Positions 1 through 11,388 of a stretch of DNA of 62,912 nt are shown piece after piece (within the stretch, counting starts at the first letter, position 1; the number at the start of each line of letters is the position of its first letter). The translations under genes and the position numbers were made by a program. The stretch covers positions 15,603 to 78,514 of the forward strand of contig CAZYXR010000002.1 in assembly GCA_964650845.1 (NCBI GenBank). The letters are read 5' to 3'. The notes beneath the pieces were generated by a model. That model was not told the DNA's origin. It searched no databases and saw only the letters and a program-made list of their open reading frames with translations. This DNA comes from an uncultured Chitinophagaceae bacterium. GTDB taxonomy: Bacteria > Bacteroidota > Bacteroidia > Chitinophagales > LD1.

Positions 1-452
1 CGCAATCGGGCAATACGCTTTCGGTACCAAATGTGCCAAATGCTGTTTATCAATGGCTGAAAGATGGAGCAGTTGTAAACAACGCAACAGGTTCTTCTTA
101 TACACCAACAGTTTCTGGAAATTACACGGTAGATGTTACGCTGGGAAATTGCCGCGATACCTCTAATGCTATTCAGATAACTATCAGCAGTGTAGAAAGC
201 GTTTCGGGAATTTCATATATCAATGTAATGCCCAATCCGGCTAAAACACACATCAATATTGATTTGAAAGCAACCGAAAGTGTTACCGATTTAAAAGTGA
301 TGGATATGTATGGCAAAACGCTTAAAGATATTCCAGTGAATTCATCGGTAGTGAAAGAGAAAATTCAGATAGAAGAATTGCCTTCGGGTATTTATTTTAT
401 TCAAATTGCTACCACTAAAGGAAAAGTAACACATTCCTTTATTAAGCAATAA
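1..452 (+). CDS. secreted protein (C-terminal part; 5' end outside window) with T9SS type-A C-terminal sorting domain
   Basis: The reading frame is open from nt 3. An Ig-like repeat (YQWLKDGAVV...GNYTVDVTLGNC) is followed by a ~80-aa tail, NVMPNPAKTHINIDL...LPSGIYFIQIATTKGKVTHSFIKQ, typical of Bacteroidota Por/T9SS CTDs. Confidence 0.7.
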   Translation, partial: QSGNTLSVPNVPNAVYQWLKDGAVVNNATGSSYTPTVSGNYTVDVTLGNCRDTSNAIQITISSVESVSGISYINVMPNPAKTHINIDLKATESVTDLKVMDMYGKTLKDIPVNSSVVKEKIQIEELPSGIYFIQIATTKGKVTHSFIKQ

Positions 453-482
453 AAAATTACTGTTACTTTAATCTTCAAAAGA

Positions 483-519
483 AAGCCAACCGAAAGCAAA
501 ATGGTTGGCTTTTTGTTTT
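483..519 (+). terminator. rho-independent terminator
   Basis: AAGCCAACC (483-491) pairs with GGTTGGCTT (503-511), followed by TTTTGTTTT. Confidence 0.6.
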
Positions 520-528
520 CGTATTAGC

Positions 529-1137
529 ATGAAAAAAGGTGTAGTTTTTTTATTAGCAGCAGCAATGTTTTTTGCCGTGTTGTATGCACTACGAAATACG
601 CTGCTACCGCTGCCGGCAAAGTGGTTGATAAAGCAAGATACTTTGCAAAAAGCCGATGCTATGATTGTGCTTTCGGGGGGTAGTTTCGACCGTGGCAACG
701 AAGCTGCTAAAATTTACAAGCAAGAATTTGCACCACAAATAATTTGCCCGGGTGGCAACAAGGCTTATGAGTTTGAAATACTTGGTATGAACTTAAAAGA
801 AAGCCAAGTAGCAAAAATGAATTTACAACGACACAACATTCCCGATAGCGCAATTATAATTGTGCCATTTGGCACCAGCACTGCCGAAGAAGCAAGATAC
901 CTCCTCCCAATAGTTAAAGAAAAAAACTACCGCAAAGTGATATTGCTTACATCGCTCTATCACACCCGAAGAGCGCATAAGGTTTTTGAAAATGTGTTTA
1001 AAAAAAGTGGTGTTCAATTTATAGTGCGCGGAGCAAAAAGCTCTCGCTTCGATGAGTATAAATGGTGGCAAAGCGAAGAAGGGTTAATAGCCATGAATAA
1101 TGAAATGGTAAAATCGTTTTATTATATTTTCAAGTAG
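529..1137 (+). CDS. YdcF/ElyC (DUF218) family envelope protein
   Basis: The ATG at 529 lies just past the terminator hairpin; the listed TTG start at 505 overlaps it. It has an N-terminal TM helix, and LSGGSFDRGNEA and LLTSLYHTRRA resemble DUF218/SanA-YdcF proteins. Confidence 0.6.
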   Translation: MKKGVVFLLAAAMFFAVLYALRNTLLPLPAKWLIKQDTLQKADAMIVLSGGSFDRGNEAAKIYKQEFAPQIICPGGNKAYEFEILGMNLKESQVAKMNLQRHNIPDSAIIIVPFGTSTAEEARYLLPIVKEKNYRKVILLTSLYHTRRAHKVFENVFKKSGVQFIVRGAKSSRFDEYKWWQSEEGLIAMNNEMVKSFYYIFK

Positions 1138-1141
1138 TGTA

Positions 1142-2290
1142 ATGGAAAGTATCTCATCTAAACTGCCCGATGTAGGCACAACAATTTTTTCGGTAATGAG
1201 TGCGTTGGCAAAAGAATACAATGCAATAAATCTATCGCAAGGCTTTCCGGATTTTAACCCTGACGAACGATTGCTGATGGCTGCCGAAAAAGCAATGCGA
1301 AGCAATGTGAACCAATATGCACCAATGGTCGGCAACACTGCTTTGCGCGAAAAACTGGCGCAAAAGTACAATGCCCTTTACAATGTTGCTATTAACCCCG
1401 AAAGAGAAATTACAATAACGGCCGGAGGTACTCAAGCCATTTTTACGGCAATTCAAGCAGTAGTAAATAAAGGCGATGAAGTGTTGATGTTTGCACCATG
1501 TTACGATAGTTATACACCGGCAGTGCAGCTTGCCGGTGGCAAGTGTGTTTACTACAACTTGTACCCACCAAGTTTCGAAATAAATTGGAATGAAGTAGCG
1601 CAGTTGATAAACGCAAAAACGCGCTTGATAATTTTGAATTCGCCACACAACCCTACAGGAACCTGTTTAACCAAAACCGATTTTAATTGTTTGGAGCAGT
1701 TGCTTGAGGGTAAAGATATTTTGTTGTTGAGCGATGAGGTGTATGAACATATTGTTTATGAGGGTCGGCAACACGAAAGTGTTTTGCAGTTTCCTAAGTT
1801 ATTTGAGCGCGCTTTTGTTGTTAGTTCGTTTGGCAAAACCTATCACTGCACCGGTTGGAAAGTTGGCTATTGTATTGCTCCCCCATTGCTTACAACAGAG
1901 TTTCGCAAGGTGCATCAGTTTAATGTGTTTAGTGTGAATAGCGTAGCGCAAGCAGCATTTGATGCTACATTAGATTACCCGGAAATGTATCAGGAGCTAT
2001 CAGAATTTTATGAAGGAAAAAGAAACTTTTTTGCCAACGCACTTAAACAAACTAAATTCAAGTTGCTGCCTTGTGCGGGCACATATTTTCAGTTAGTAGA
2101 TTATAGTTCCATCAGCAATTTGCCCGAAGTGGAATTTGCGCAGTGGCTTACAAAAACAGTGGGTGTTGCAGCAATACCCGTGAGTGTTTTTTATCCCGAA
2201 GTGAAACAAAACAATACTCTTATACGGTTTTGTTTTGCGAAAGACAATTCAACCCTCGAAAAAGCTATTGAACTATTAACAAAGGCTTGA
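1142..2290 (+). CDS. PLP-dependent class I/II aminotransferase (YbdL/methionine aminotransferase-like)
   Basis: Motifs SQGFPDF, NSPHNPTG and SSFGKTYHCTGWKVGY (PLP-lysine region), at the typical ~380 aa length. Confidence 0.85.
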   Translation: MESISSKLPDVGTTIFSVMSALAKEYNAINLSQGFPDFNPDERLLMAAEKAMRSNVNQYAPMVGNTALREKLAQKYNALYNVAINPEREITITAGGTQAIFTAIQAVVNKGDEVLMFAPCYDSYTPAVQLAGGKCVYYNLYPPSFEINWNEVAQLINAKTRLIILNSPHNPTGTCLTKTDFNCLEQLLEGKDILLLSDEVYEHIVYEGRQHESVLQFPKLFERAFVVSSFGKTYHCTGWKVGYCIAPPLLTTEFRKVHQFNVFSVNSVAQAAFDATLDYPEMYQELSEFYEGKRNFFANALKQTKFKLLPCAGTYFQLVDYSSISNLPEVEFAQWLTKTVGVAAIPVSVFYPEVKQNNTLIRFCFAKDNSTLEKAIELLTKA

Positions 2291-2471
2291 TTTGCGGTAC
2301 TTTTTTTGCCATTCCTTTTTAAAACTTACTCACCGCCAAAACACCACCATTTTTTTCGGTAAAGAGGTAAATGAAAACCCAACAAAACTTATCCACAAAA
2401 CCTCCCAAAATAGCTTGATTTTAAAGCAATTTTATGCCCGAAAAGAGTATCTTCGTGCCACTATTTTTTAA

Positions 2472-4460
<1,989 letters not shown>

Positions 4461-4480
4461 GTGCTTTCAACTGCTATAAA

Positions 4481-4516
4481 AAAAGCCGTGCGATTATTTT
4501 TCGCACGGCTTTTTTG
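4481..4516. terminator. bidirectional rho-independent terminator shared by convergent gyrB and clpP
   Basis: GCCGTGCGA (4485-4493) pairs with TCGCACGGC (4501-4509), flanked by an A-run upstream and a T-run downstream. Confidence 0.7.
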
Positions 4517-4539
4517 TTTGGTACAGTATAGAAAAAAAC

Positions 4540-5247
4540 TTAATCTAATTTTCTATTGGTTCTTAAAAGCACTTCATCAATCATGCCATATTCTTTTGCT
4601 TCCGCAGCACGCATCCAATAATCGCGATCGCTGTCGGCTTGCACCTTCTCAAGTGTTTGCCCGCTATGGTTACTGATAATTTCATACAACTCATCTTTAA
4701 TCTTTCTAATCTCTTTTACCGAGATATCAATATCGCTGGCTTTGCCGCCAATGCCGCCCAAAGGTTGATGAATCATAACTCGTGCATGAGGCAATGCAGT
4801 GCGTTTGCCTTTTGTGCCAGCACAAAGCAACACCGCAGCCATAGACGCGGCTACACCAGTGCAAATTGTTGCCACATCCATGTTTACATATTGCATGGTG
4901 TCGTATATTCCTAAGCCGCTATACACTTCACCACCGGGCGAGTTGATGTAAATTTGCACATCGCTGCGCGCATCGCTGCTTTCTAAAAACAACAATTGTG
5001 CCTGAATGATACTTGCTATGTAATCATCAACTCCGGTTCCCAAAAAAATAATTCTATCCATCATCAATCGGCTGAAAACATCCACCTCTCTAAAAGGCAT
5101 GGGTCGCTCTTCAATAACTGTTCGGGTAAGGTTGCGAACCGGATGCAGCGATTCAATTTTATTGATGTATGATTCAACACCTATGCGGTTCATACCGTGG
5201 TGCTTCACTGCGTAGTTGGTGAAATCTTTTGCTTCCTTAATATTCAT
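4540..5247 (-). CDS. clpP: ATP-dependent Clp protease proteolytic subunit
   Basis: RIIFLG, INSPGGEVYSGLGIYDTMQ, GVAASMAAVLL (Ser), and MIHQPLGG (His). I place the start at MNIKEAKDF (ATG 5245-5247) rather than the longer listed ORF. Confidence 0.92.
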   Translation of the reverse strand: MNIKEAKDFTNYAVKHHGMNRIGVESYINKIESLHPVRNLTRTVIEERPMPFREVDVFSRLMMDRIIFLGTGVDDYIASIIQAQLLFLESSDARSDVQIYINSPGGEVYSGLGIYDTMQYVNMDVATICTGVAASMAAVLLCAGTKGKRTALPHARVMIHQPLGGIGGKASDIDISVKEIRKIKDELYEIISNHSGQTLEKVQADSDRDYWMRAAEAKEYGMIDEVLLRTNRKLD

Positions 5248-5382
5248 GGAGCTAATTTGTTTTACTTTAAAAAATAGACGCTTAGAGCGCCAATGTTGCA
5301 CAAGACGAATGAGAATAGCAAATATTGAATGCGGTACATTTCAACATTTAAAAAAACTGTATTAAAGAATAGAAAAGGACAC

Positions 5383-5583
5383 TTACTTTTTGGTGCAGGT
5401 GTAACCTGCCAATTCGTACTCTTTTATTGTTTTTTCAAACATTTCTTTTTCTCCATAAAAGTTTTTCTTGCACAACTCTCTTACATCTGGGTTGTCCTTT
5501 GTTCCCAAATCACATTCGTAACAATTGCTGCAACTTGATATTGAAAAAGCGGCAGCGACTAAAGCTAAAGCGAAGTATTTCAT
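5383..5583 (-). CDS. small Cys-rich lipoprotein, function unknown
   Basis: A signal peptide ends in a lipobox-like ISSC, followed by SNCYEC...GYTCTKK. It shares end motifs with the ORF at 47828-48157. Confidence 0.5.
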   Translation of the reverse strand: MKYFALALVAAAFSISSCSNCYECDLGTKDNPDVRELCKKNFYGEKEMFEKTIKEYELAGYTCTKK

Positions 5584-5699
5584 TATTTGTATCTGAATTT
5601 TTTAAAAATGCACCAATAAACTTTGCGAATTGGACATTTCACAAAGCGAAACTAACAAAACTATAAATAAGGCAATTGGAAAATACATAGCTTCGCGCC

Positions 5700-7490
5700 A
5701 TGCGGCTGAATGCTTTGCTTTTATTGATACTTTTTGGTGTTGGGGTTCGTGCACAAGTTATTACGAATTCGTTGGGCAGCTTTGCTACATCTAATTCATT
5801 AAACGGAATGGTGTGTGTGGCAGCAAGTTCGCCAAAATACCAACCGGCCGAAATTCAAATTGTGGTGCGCACAGGTTCCGTTTACGAGCGCGCTTACCAG
5901 TCGGGCATTTCGGCTGTGGTAGGCGAAATAGTAAGCGATAGAATCAACAAAGCTTTGGCAACAGGCAAGTATCCCAACTTTCGCTTTTCCTACACTCAAG
6001 CCTACGAAAATTCTACATTCAAATTCAAAGCACCCAATGCCGAACTTTTTTCTTTGTTGAATTTTATTTCAAAAGAGTTTGTGGGTATAAAAATTGTAGA
6101 TGAAGACGTGCAAAAATTTGTTTCGGTAGTAAACGAAAAGCGCGCTTTTGATTCGGTAGATAATACCAATCAGTATCGCTTTGTATTACATCATCGCCTT
6201 TTTAAAAGGGATTACGATAAAATGCTTTTGTATGGTGAAGCAGATGATTTAAAAAACCTTACAACCATTGATGTTGATTCGTTTTACCGAATGAATTATG
6301 TGCCTAACAATGCCACAATCAATATATTTTCCACACTTGGCATTCAGCAGCAAATTCAAATGGCTGAACACGCATTGGTAAATTGGCGCAGAACAGATTT
6401 TAACCCCGATGAACTGACAAAAATAAGAACCTTCAAACCAATGATTTATTCTACACAAGATGTGGTGATAAATCAAACAGACCCCGGCAAGCTCACCTAT
6501 GCTTCGCTTGCATCGGGTACTCGCAGTTATCTACGCGGAACCTATTTTCATTATTTACTAAGTGCAATGCTTAATGATACTTCACAAGCATTTTATAAAG
6601 ACATGCACGATGAAGAAATAAACCCAACAAAAATTGCCGCCCAGTTTGATGCCGGAAGTTTTTATGGTGTTTTTAAAGTAGTTGTTTATCCGGGCGAAGG
6701 CGAGTACGAAGCCACTCACAATCGAGCAACTTTTCTATTTACAAAATTGCACGAATATGTAAATGAACAATCTGTAGCTAAGGCCAAGCGCAAGTTTGAT
6801 GCCGAATACAAAGCGCTTTTTGAAACACCAGACTTTATCACCATGAGTGTAAAATTCTATTTTACCAATAGCGATAAGTATTTTGAAACTTTGAATGACA
6901 GCGTACAAGGCTTAAACACAAAAGAGTTTTTGAAGTTTGTTTATACTACATACAGCATTGGTGCATTTGCAAATATTCTTGAGGTCGACAGTGCACATGT
7001 AGAAAGCGAAAAAGTAGCTAATTGGTTTGAAACGGTAGATGAACATATTGCCAACGAAGCATTTACTTATCGCAAAAACATTGCCGATTTGGAAGGCGAA
7101 GACAATGCGCAGTTGTTGCGTAAACTGGTACAATGGTTAAAAATGAACCCCGATATTCAATGCCAGATAAATGGCAAGTCTGACAGAAAAGAATACAACA
7201 AATTTTCAAATGCCGATGTGTTTGAATTTATTGATACCATACCAACTTTTAGAAAATACAAACCCGATTTGTACAAGAAAAAATCTATTCAGTTAGAGCT
7301 TTTACGTTCGTACAAAATTTTGAAAGTACTTGTAGAAAGCGAAATAGATTTAAGCCGATTATCGGGCACAGCAATGTCTTATGGTTCTAAAACTGATGAA
7401 CAATATGCCGATAACCGCAAAAGCACCTTAACCTTAAACCGATTGAGAAAAAGACTGCCGCTTAGAGACATAAATATTTTTGGGAAATAG
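5700..7490 (+). CDS. secreted protein; N-terminal half resembles a non-catalytic M16 (pitrilysin-like) fold; function unknown
   Basis: A long uninterrupted ORF with a signal peptide (LLLLILFGVGVRAQ). VVRTGSVYERAYQSGISAVVGEIV resembles the M16 core but has no HxxEH. The fold call is weak. Confidence 0.45.
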   Translation: MRLNALLLLILFGVGVRAQVITNSLGSFATSNSLNGMVCVAASSPKYQPAEIQIVVRTGSVYERAYQSGISAVVGEIVSDRINKALATGKYPNFRFSYTQAYENSTFKFKAPNAELFSLLNFISKEFVGIKIVDEDVQKFVSVVNEKRAFDSVDNTNQYRFVLHHRLFKRDYDKMLLYGEADDLKNLTTIDVDSFYRMNYVPNNATINIFSTLGIQQQIQMAEHALVNWRRTDFNPDELTKIRTFKPMIYSTQDVVINQTDPGKLTYASLASGTRSYLRGTYFHYLLSAMLNDTSQAFYKDMHDEEINPTKIAAQFDAGSFYGVFKVVVYPGEGEYEATHNRATFLFTKLHEYVNEQSVAKAKRKFDAEYKALFETPDFITMSVKFYFTNSDKYFETLNDSVQGLNTKEFLKFVYTTYSIGAFANILEVDSAHVESEKVANWFETVDEHIANEAFTYRKNIADLEGEDNAQLLRKLVQWLKMNPDIQCQINGKSDRKEYNKFSNADVFEFIDTIPTFRKYKPDLYKKKSIQLELLRSYKILKVLVESEIDLSRLSGTAMSYGSKTDEQYADNRKSTLTLNRLRKRLPLRDINIFGK

Positions 7491-7495
7491 AAATC

Positions 7496-8011
7496 ATGAT
7501 AACAAAAACACCATCAGAGTCAAGAATCATTATGACAGAAATCGTTCTGCCGAACGATACAAATGCACTGCACAATCTTCGCGGAGGAAAAATTTTACAT
7601 TGGATGGATATTGCCTCTGCTATTGCCGCGGGCAAACATTCAAATTCTATTGTTGTAACAGCCTCGGTAGATAATGTAAGTTTTGAGAACCCAATAAAGT
7701 TGGGTGATGTTGTTACAATTACTGCTAAGGTTACGCGCAATTTTAATACCTCGTTAGAAACACACATTGAAGTGTGGGCCGAAAACCTACCATCGCAAAC
7801 ACGCTATCGTTGCAACGAAGCATACTATACCTTTGTAGCCTTAGACAGCAACGGCCGCCCACGAAAAGTCAACCCACTTTTGCCCGAAACTGAAGAAGAA
7901 AAAAAGCAATTTGAAAGTGCTTTGCGCAGGCGCGAATTGCGTTTAGTGCTTGCGGGCCGCTTAAAACCATCGGATGCGAAAGAACTGAAAGCAATGTTTG
8001 TAGAAAACTAA
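7496..8011 (+). CDS. acyl-CoA thioesterase (hotdog fold, YciA/Acot-like)
   Basis: MTEIVLPNDTNALHNLRGGKILHWMDIASAIAA and VTASVDNVSFENPIKLGDVV are typical of the acyl-CoA hydrolase family. Confidence 0.85.
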   Translation: MITKTPSESRIIMTEIVLPNDTNALHNLRGGKILHWMDIASAIAAGKHSNSIVVTASVDNVSFENPIKLGDVVTITAKVTRNFNTSLETHIEVWAENLPSQTRYRCNEAYYTFVALDSNGRPRKVNPLLPETEEEKKQFESALRRRELRLVLAGRLKPSDAKELKAMFVEN

Positions 8012-8068
8012 AGCCCGGTAGTTATATTCAGCAAAGTTGATTTGCAAACAAAGTAGTTGTTGCAGCAG

Positions 8069-8482
8069 CTATTTTTTTAGCATCAAACCATCTACACTAA
8101 ACTTTCCGGCACCGGCAAATAAAAGTGTCACATAGCCAATGAGGTAAAGAAAGGCATGTTCGCCATCGCCAAAAATTTCTCCGTTATGAGCCTTAAAAGT
8201 GGCTATTGCCATTGTTACAACCAGCGGAACAATTGTAAAACGAGTAAGAAACCCCAACGCTAACAGTATTGAACAAATCAACTCTGCGCCAATTGCCAGC
8301 ACCAACGAGAGTTCAACACCTAAGCCCATAAAATCCATAAACTTTGCTTTGTACTCACCAAAGTGAACCAGCTTATTATAGCCGTGCGGAATCATTAAAA
8401 CACTAATGCCCACACGCAAAATAAGCAAGGCTATATTGTTGAGTGTAGCATTAGGTTTGGTAGCTAAAATTTGTTTGAGCAT
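8069..8482 (-). CDS. DoxX family membrane protein
   Basis: LLILRVGISVLMIPHGYNKL plus four TM segments. I place the start at MLKQIL (8480-8482), downstream of the rpoD terminator hairpin. Confidence 0.8.
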   Translation of the reverse strand: MLKQILATKPNATLNNIALLILRVGISVLMIPHGYNKLVHFGEYKAKFMDFMGLGVELSLVLAIGAELICSILLALGFLTRFTIVPLVVTMAIATFKAHNGEIFGDGEHAFLYLIGYVTLLFAGAGKFSVDGLMLKK

Positions 8483-8502
8483 GTATTCAGTTTTATGTTG
8501 TA

Positions 8503-8536
8503 ACAAAAAAGGCAACCCGAAAATAAGGTTGCCTTT
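8503..8536 (-). terminator. rho-independent terminator of rpoD
   Basis: AAAGGCAACC (8508-8517) pairs with GGTTGCCTTT (8527-8536); a T-run follows on the minus strand. Confidence 0.7.
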
Positions 8537-8558
8537 CAATATAGAATGCCAATAAATG

Positions 8559-9428
8559 CTATTGACCCAAATATGCTTTTAAAGATTTGCTTCTAGTTTG
8601 CGAACGAAGTTTGGTAATTGCTTTATCCTTAATTTGGCGAATACGTTCGCGGGTAATGCCCAACTCTTCGCCAATATCTTCAAGTGTTTGCGGATGTTCA
8701 ACACCAATGCCAAAGAAACGTTTAATTACTTCGCGTTCGCGATCGGTAAGCGATGAAAGTGTGCGCTCAGTTTCTTGTTTCAACGACTCTTTATAATCCA
8801 AATGAGCATCGGTTTTGTCGGCATTGATATTTTCCAACACGTCAATCAATGCATTGCTTTCGCCATCGGTAAAAGGCGCATCCATAGAAACGTGGCGAGC
8901 CGAAATGCCAAGTGTTGCTTCCACTTCTTCAACAGTAATTTCCAACATTTCAGCCAATTCCTCTGGCGTAGGTTCGCGTTGGTATTTTTGCTCTAAATCA
9001 GAAAATGCTTTGTTGATTTTAGTAAGCGAACCTACTTTGTTCAATGGCAAACGAACCAAACGGCTGTGTTCTGCCAAAGCCTGAATGATTGATTGACGAA
9101 TCCACCAAACGGCATACGAAATGAATTTGAAACCGCGCGTTTCATCAAATTTTTGAGCCGCTTTCACCAATCCTAAATTCCCTTCATTGATAAGGTCGTT
9201 CAGTGAAAGTGAATTGTTTTGATATTGCTTTGCAACCGAAACCACAAAACGCAGGTTAGCTCTTGTTAGTTTTTCTAAAGCAATCTGGTCGCCTTGGCGA
9301 ATCCTGCGGGCCAACTCAACTTCTTCTTCTGGTGTAAGCAAATCTTCTTTGCCTATTTCTTGAAGATACTTTTCAATTGATTGGCTTTCGCGATTGGTAA
9401 TTGACTTGGAAATCTTGAGTTGCCTCAT
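8559..9428 (-). CDS. rpoD: primary (sigma-70 family) RNA polymerase sigma factor
   Basis: Region 2 ([25 protein letters not shown]), region 3, and region 4 ([23 protein letters not shown]). The ~289 aa length is typical of Bacteroidota SigA. Confidence 0.92.
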   Translation of the reverse strand: MRQLKISKSITNRESQSIEKYLQEIGKEDLLTPEEEVELARRIRQGDQIALEKLTRANLRFVVSVAKQYQNNSLSLNDLINEGNLGLVKAAQKFDETRGFKFISYAVWWIRQSIIQALAEHSRLVRLPLNKVGSLTKINKAFSDLEQKYQREPTPEELAEMLEITVEEVEATLGISARHVSMDAPFTDGESNALIDVLENINADKTDAHLDYKESLKQETERTLSSLTDREREVIKRFFGIGVEHPQTLEDIGEELGITRERIRQIKDKAITKLRSQTRSKSLKAYLGQ

Positions 9429-9572
9429 GATTTAAATTTGTTTTTAATGTGATCGGATTTTTCCGAAAAAGCACGCGAAGATAGCATTTTACCTTCAAAG
9501 GTGCAATATACTTGCGGAAACGAATTAACGCAAGAGTTATTTTAAAAAAGTGATTGATGTCAGTAAATCACC

Positions 9573-10154
9573 TTAACCGGCTTTGCGCACATACTTTGTA
9601 AGTATTACAATTTGTTGCCCGTCTATTTTACCTTCAATTTGCTCATAATTGTCGGGGACAAGCCTGATGTTTTTCACAGATGTTCCCATTTTTGCATTCA
9701 ATTGTGTACCTTTCACATCCAACGATTTGGTAAGCACTATGGAGTCGCCATTTTGCAAAACAGTTCCGTTGCAATCTCTATGCAACTCTATTTCTGCTGA
9801 ACTTTCGTGGTCGCCAGTGGCTTTCGCCCATTCAAGGGTATTGTCATCTAAATAAAGAAGATCCAGCGCTTCCATTGCCCAAGTTTCATGACGAAGACGA
9901 TTTAATAAGCGCCAAGAAACTACTTGAACAGCAGGAATTTCGCTCCACATACTCTCATTTAAACATGCCCAATGCTTTGTGTATAGCTCTTCCTTTTTTT
10001 CTAATTGGTGTAAGCATTTGCTACACAGCCATAAGGAAGTATCGGATAGCTTATCGCCATCGGGAGGCAAAGCATAAATTGTAAGGTTTTCTGTTGCTTT
10101 GCATAGCTCGCATTGGTTACCGCTGCGTTTCTTTAGTTGGTCTTCAATGGTCAT
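9573..10154 (-). CDS. phnA: PhnA-family zinc-ribbon protein
   Basis: An N-terminal CELC zinc ribbon and the C-terminal PhnA domain DCNGTVLQNGDSIVLTKSLDVKG...IEGKIDGQQIVILTKYVRK. Confidence 0.85.
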   Translation of the reverse strand: MTIEDQLKKRSGNQCELCKATENLTIYALPPDGDKLSDTSLWLCSKCLHQLEKKEELYTKHWACLNESMWSEIPAVQVVSWRLLNRLRHETWAMEALDLLYLDDNTLEWAKATGDHESSAEIELHRDCNGTVLQNGDSIVLTKSLDVKGTQLNAKMGTSVKNIRLVPDNYEQIEGKIDGQQIVILTKYVRKAG

Positions 10155-10300
10155 TCAACTGCAATAATAACGAATATGAACACTTTGATAATAACAGACA
10201 GAGGCTTTTTTCTTTGATTGACAAATCGGGGAGGAATGTAAGCTAAATAGGATTTTGGTCGTATTACTCTTGCAAAATGGGTAAGTTGTTTGGAGTGATA

Positions 10301-10340
10301 CAAAACAAAATAAAGCAATGACCATCGCGATCATTGCTTT
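10301..10340 (-). terminator. rho-independent terminator
   Basis: AAAGCAATGA (10312-10321) pairs with TCATTGCTTT (10331-10340); the minus strand reads ATTTTGTTTTG after the stem. Confidence 0.65.
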
Positions 10341-10370
10341 ATTGCTTGAACTTTTTAAGAGTAATGATAT

Positions 10371-11240
10371 CTATTCTTCAAGAATTACAAAGTTTCTATT
10401 TGGCCCTTGTACTACGTAAGCGATGTTATCGCATGTACCATCTCCGTAATCAACAAACTTAGTGTCAAAAGAAGGGCTTTCGAGTTGAATTATTCCTTTG
10501 TTATAGAAATCATAGTAATCAGTACATTCAGAAAGAATCAATGGCTCAATGATAGTTTGTGTGTAGCTGAATCCATCAGAAGTCAATCCAGTTCCACCTC
10601 CTGTCCAAGCGCAAATCTCACCTTTGTCATCATACATGCCGCCTTCTAGAGTGAAAGTATTAGTGCCTCTAAATTCTATCCCCAAAGATTTGAGATTTGT
10701 TGTAAAATCTACAATGAGCTTGCCATATGGATTGCCAGCGCCATTGAAGCCCAAATTTTCAAGAGAGAAAGTTCCATTTATCAATTCTTCGGTTCCTCTT
10801 GCGAAATTATTAAATGTACATTGTGCAAATCCGCCAGGAAGATCCAAATCAATATCGTTGTAAACAAAATCTACACTTCCTGTGTACAGTAAGCCATCTG
10901 TCCCGATACATCCTGATGGACCAAAGTCCACATGCGCAGTATATGGTAATGATGAGGTGTCTCTAGTAACAGTAGCACAACCCGAATCGTCAAAACTTTC
11001 ATCATCCGTTGCGAGTCGGAACTTTGAGGATTTTAGTTTTAATACGCCAGCAGCAAATGCGTACATTTTCCTTGCTTGACTCAAAGAGTGCATCTGTATT
11101 TCTGGTAATTTTTCATACACTTTTGCATGGCTTTGTTTTTTTGTTACATCTTCAACTTCTGCTTTTTTACATGAGTTCATCATAAACATGCCAGAAGTTG
11201 CTAAGGCAATGACGAAGGAGTTTTTCATAATTTTTTTCAT
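10371..11240 (-). CDS. lipoprotein, function unknown
   Basis: MKKIMKNSFVIALATSGMFMMNSC is a lipoprotein signal. I recognised no family. Confidence 0.5.
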   Translation of the reverse strand: MKKIMKNSFVIALATSGMFMMNSCKKAEVEDVTKKQSHAKVYEKLPEIQMHSLSQARKMYAFAAGVLKLKSSKFRLATDDESFDDSGCATVTRDTSSLPYTAHVDFGPSGCIGTDGLLYTGSVDFVYNDIDLDLPGGFAQCTFNNFARGTEELINGTFSLENLGFNGAGNPYGKLIVDFTTNLKSLGIEFRGTNTFTLEGGMYDDKGEICAWTGGGTGLTSDGFSYTQTIIEPLILSECTDYYDFYNKGIIQLESPSFDTKFVDYGDGTCDNIAYVVQGPNRNFVILEE

Positions 11241-11388
11241 AATTTTTATTTTGCGTATTGTTACGACTGAATTTTTATTTTGTTTCAATTACATCCTTAT
11301 ACAATGCTATTGTTGTTAATTAAAAAATTCACAAGGTGTTGATAATCATGACAGTTGCATCCAGACACGCTAAAAAATTTTTACCATA

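Noticed and set aside
2389-2397. A perfect DnaA-box consensus, TTATCCACA, upstream of gyrB; I considered whether this marks oriC.
   Set aside because: I found only a single box in the 190-nt gap. There is no cluster of boxes, no AT-rich unwinding repeats, and no adjacent dnaA or dnaN. It may at most be a regulatory site.
4540-5301. The full 253-aa ClpP ORF and an apparently unusual N-terminal extension.
   Set aside because: The first 18 codons (MQHWRSKRLFFKVKQISS) look like read-through of upstream sequence. An extended N-terminus starting at MNIKEAKDF is, to my recollection, normal for Bacteroidota ClpP.
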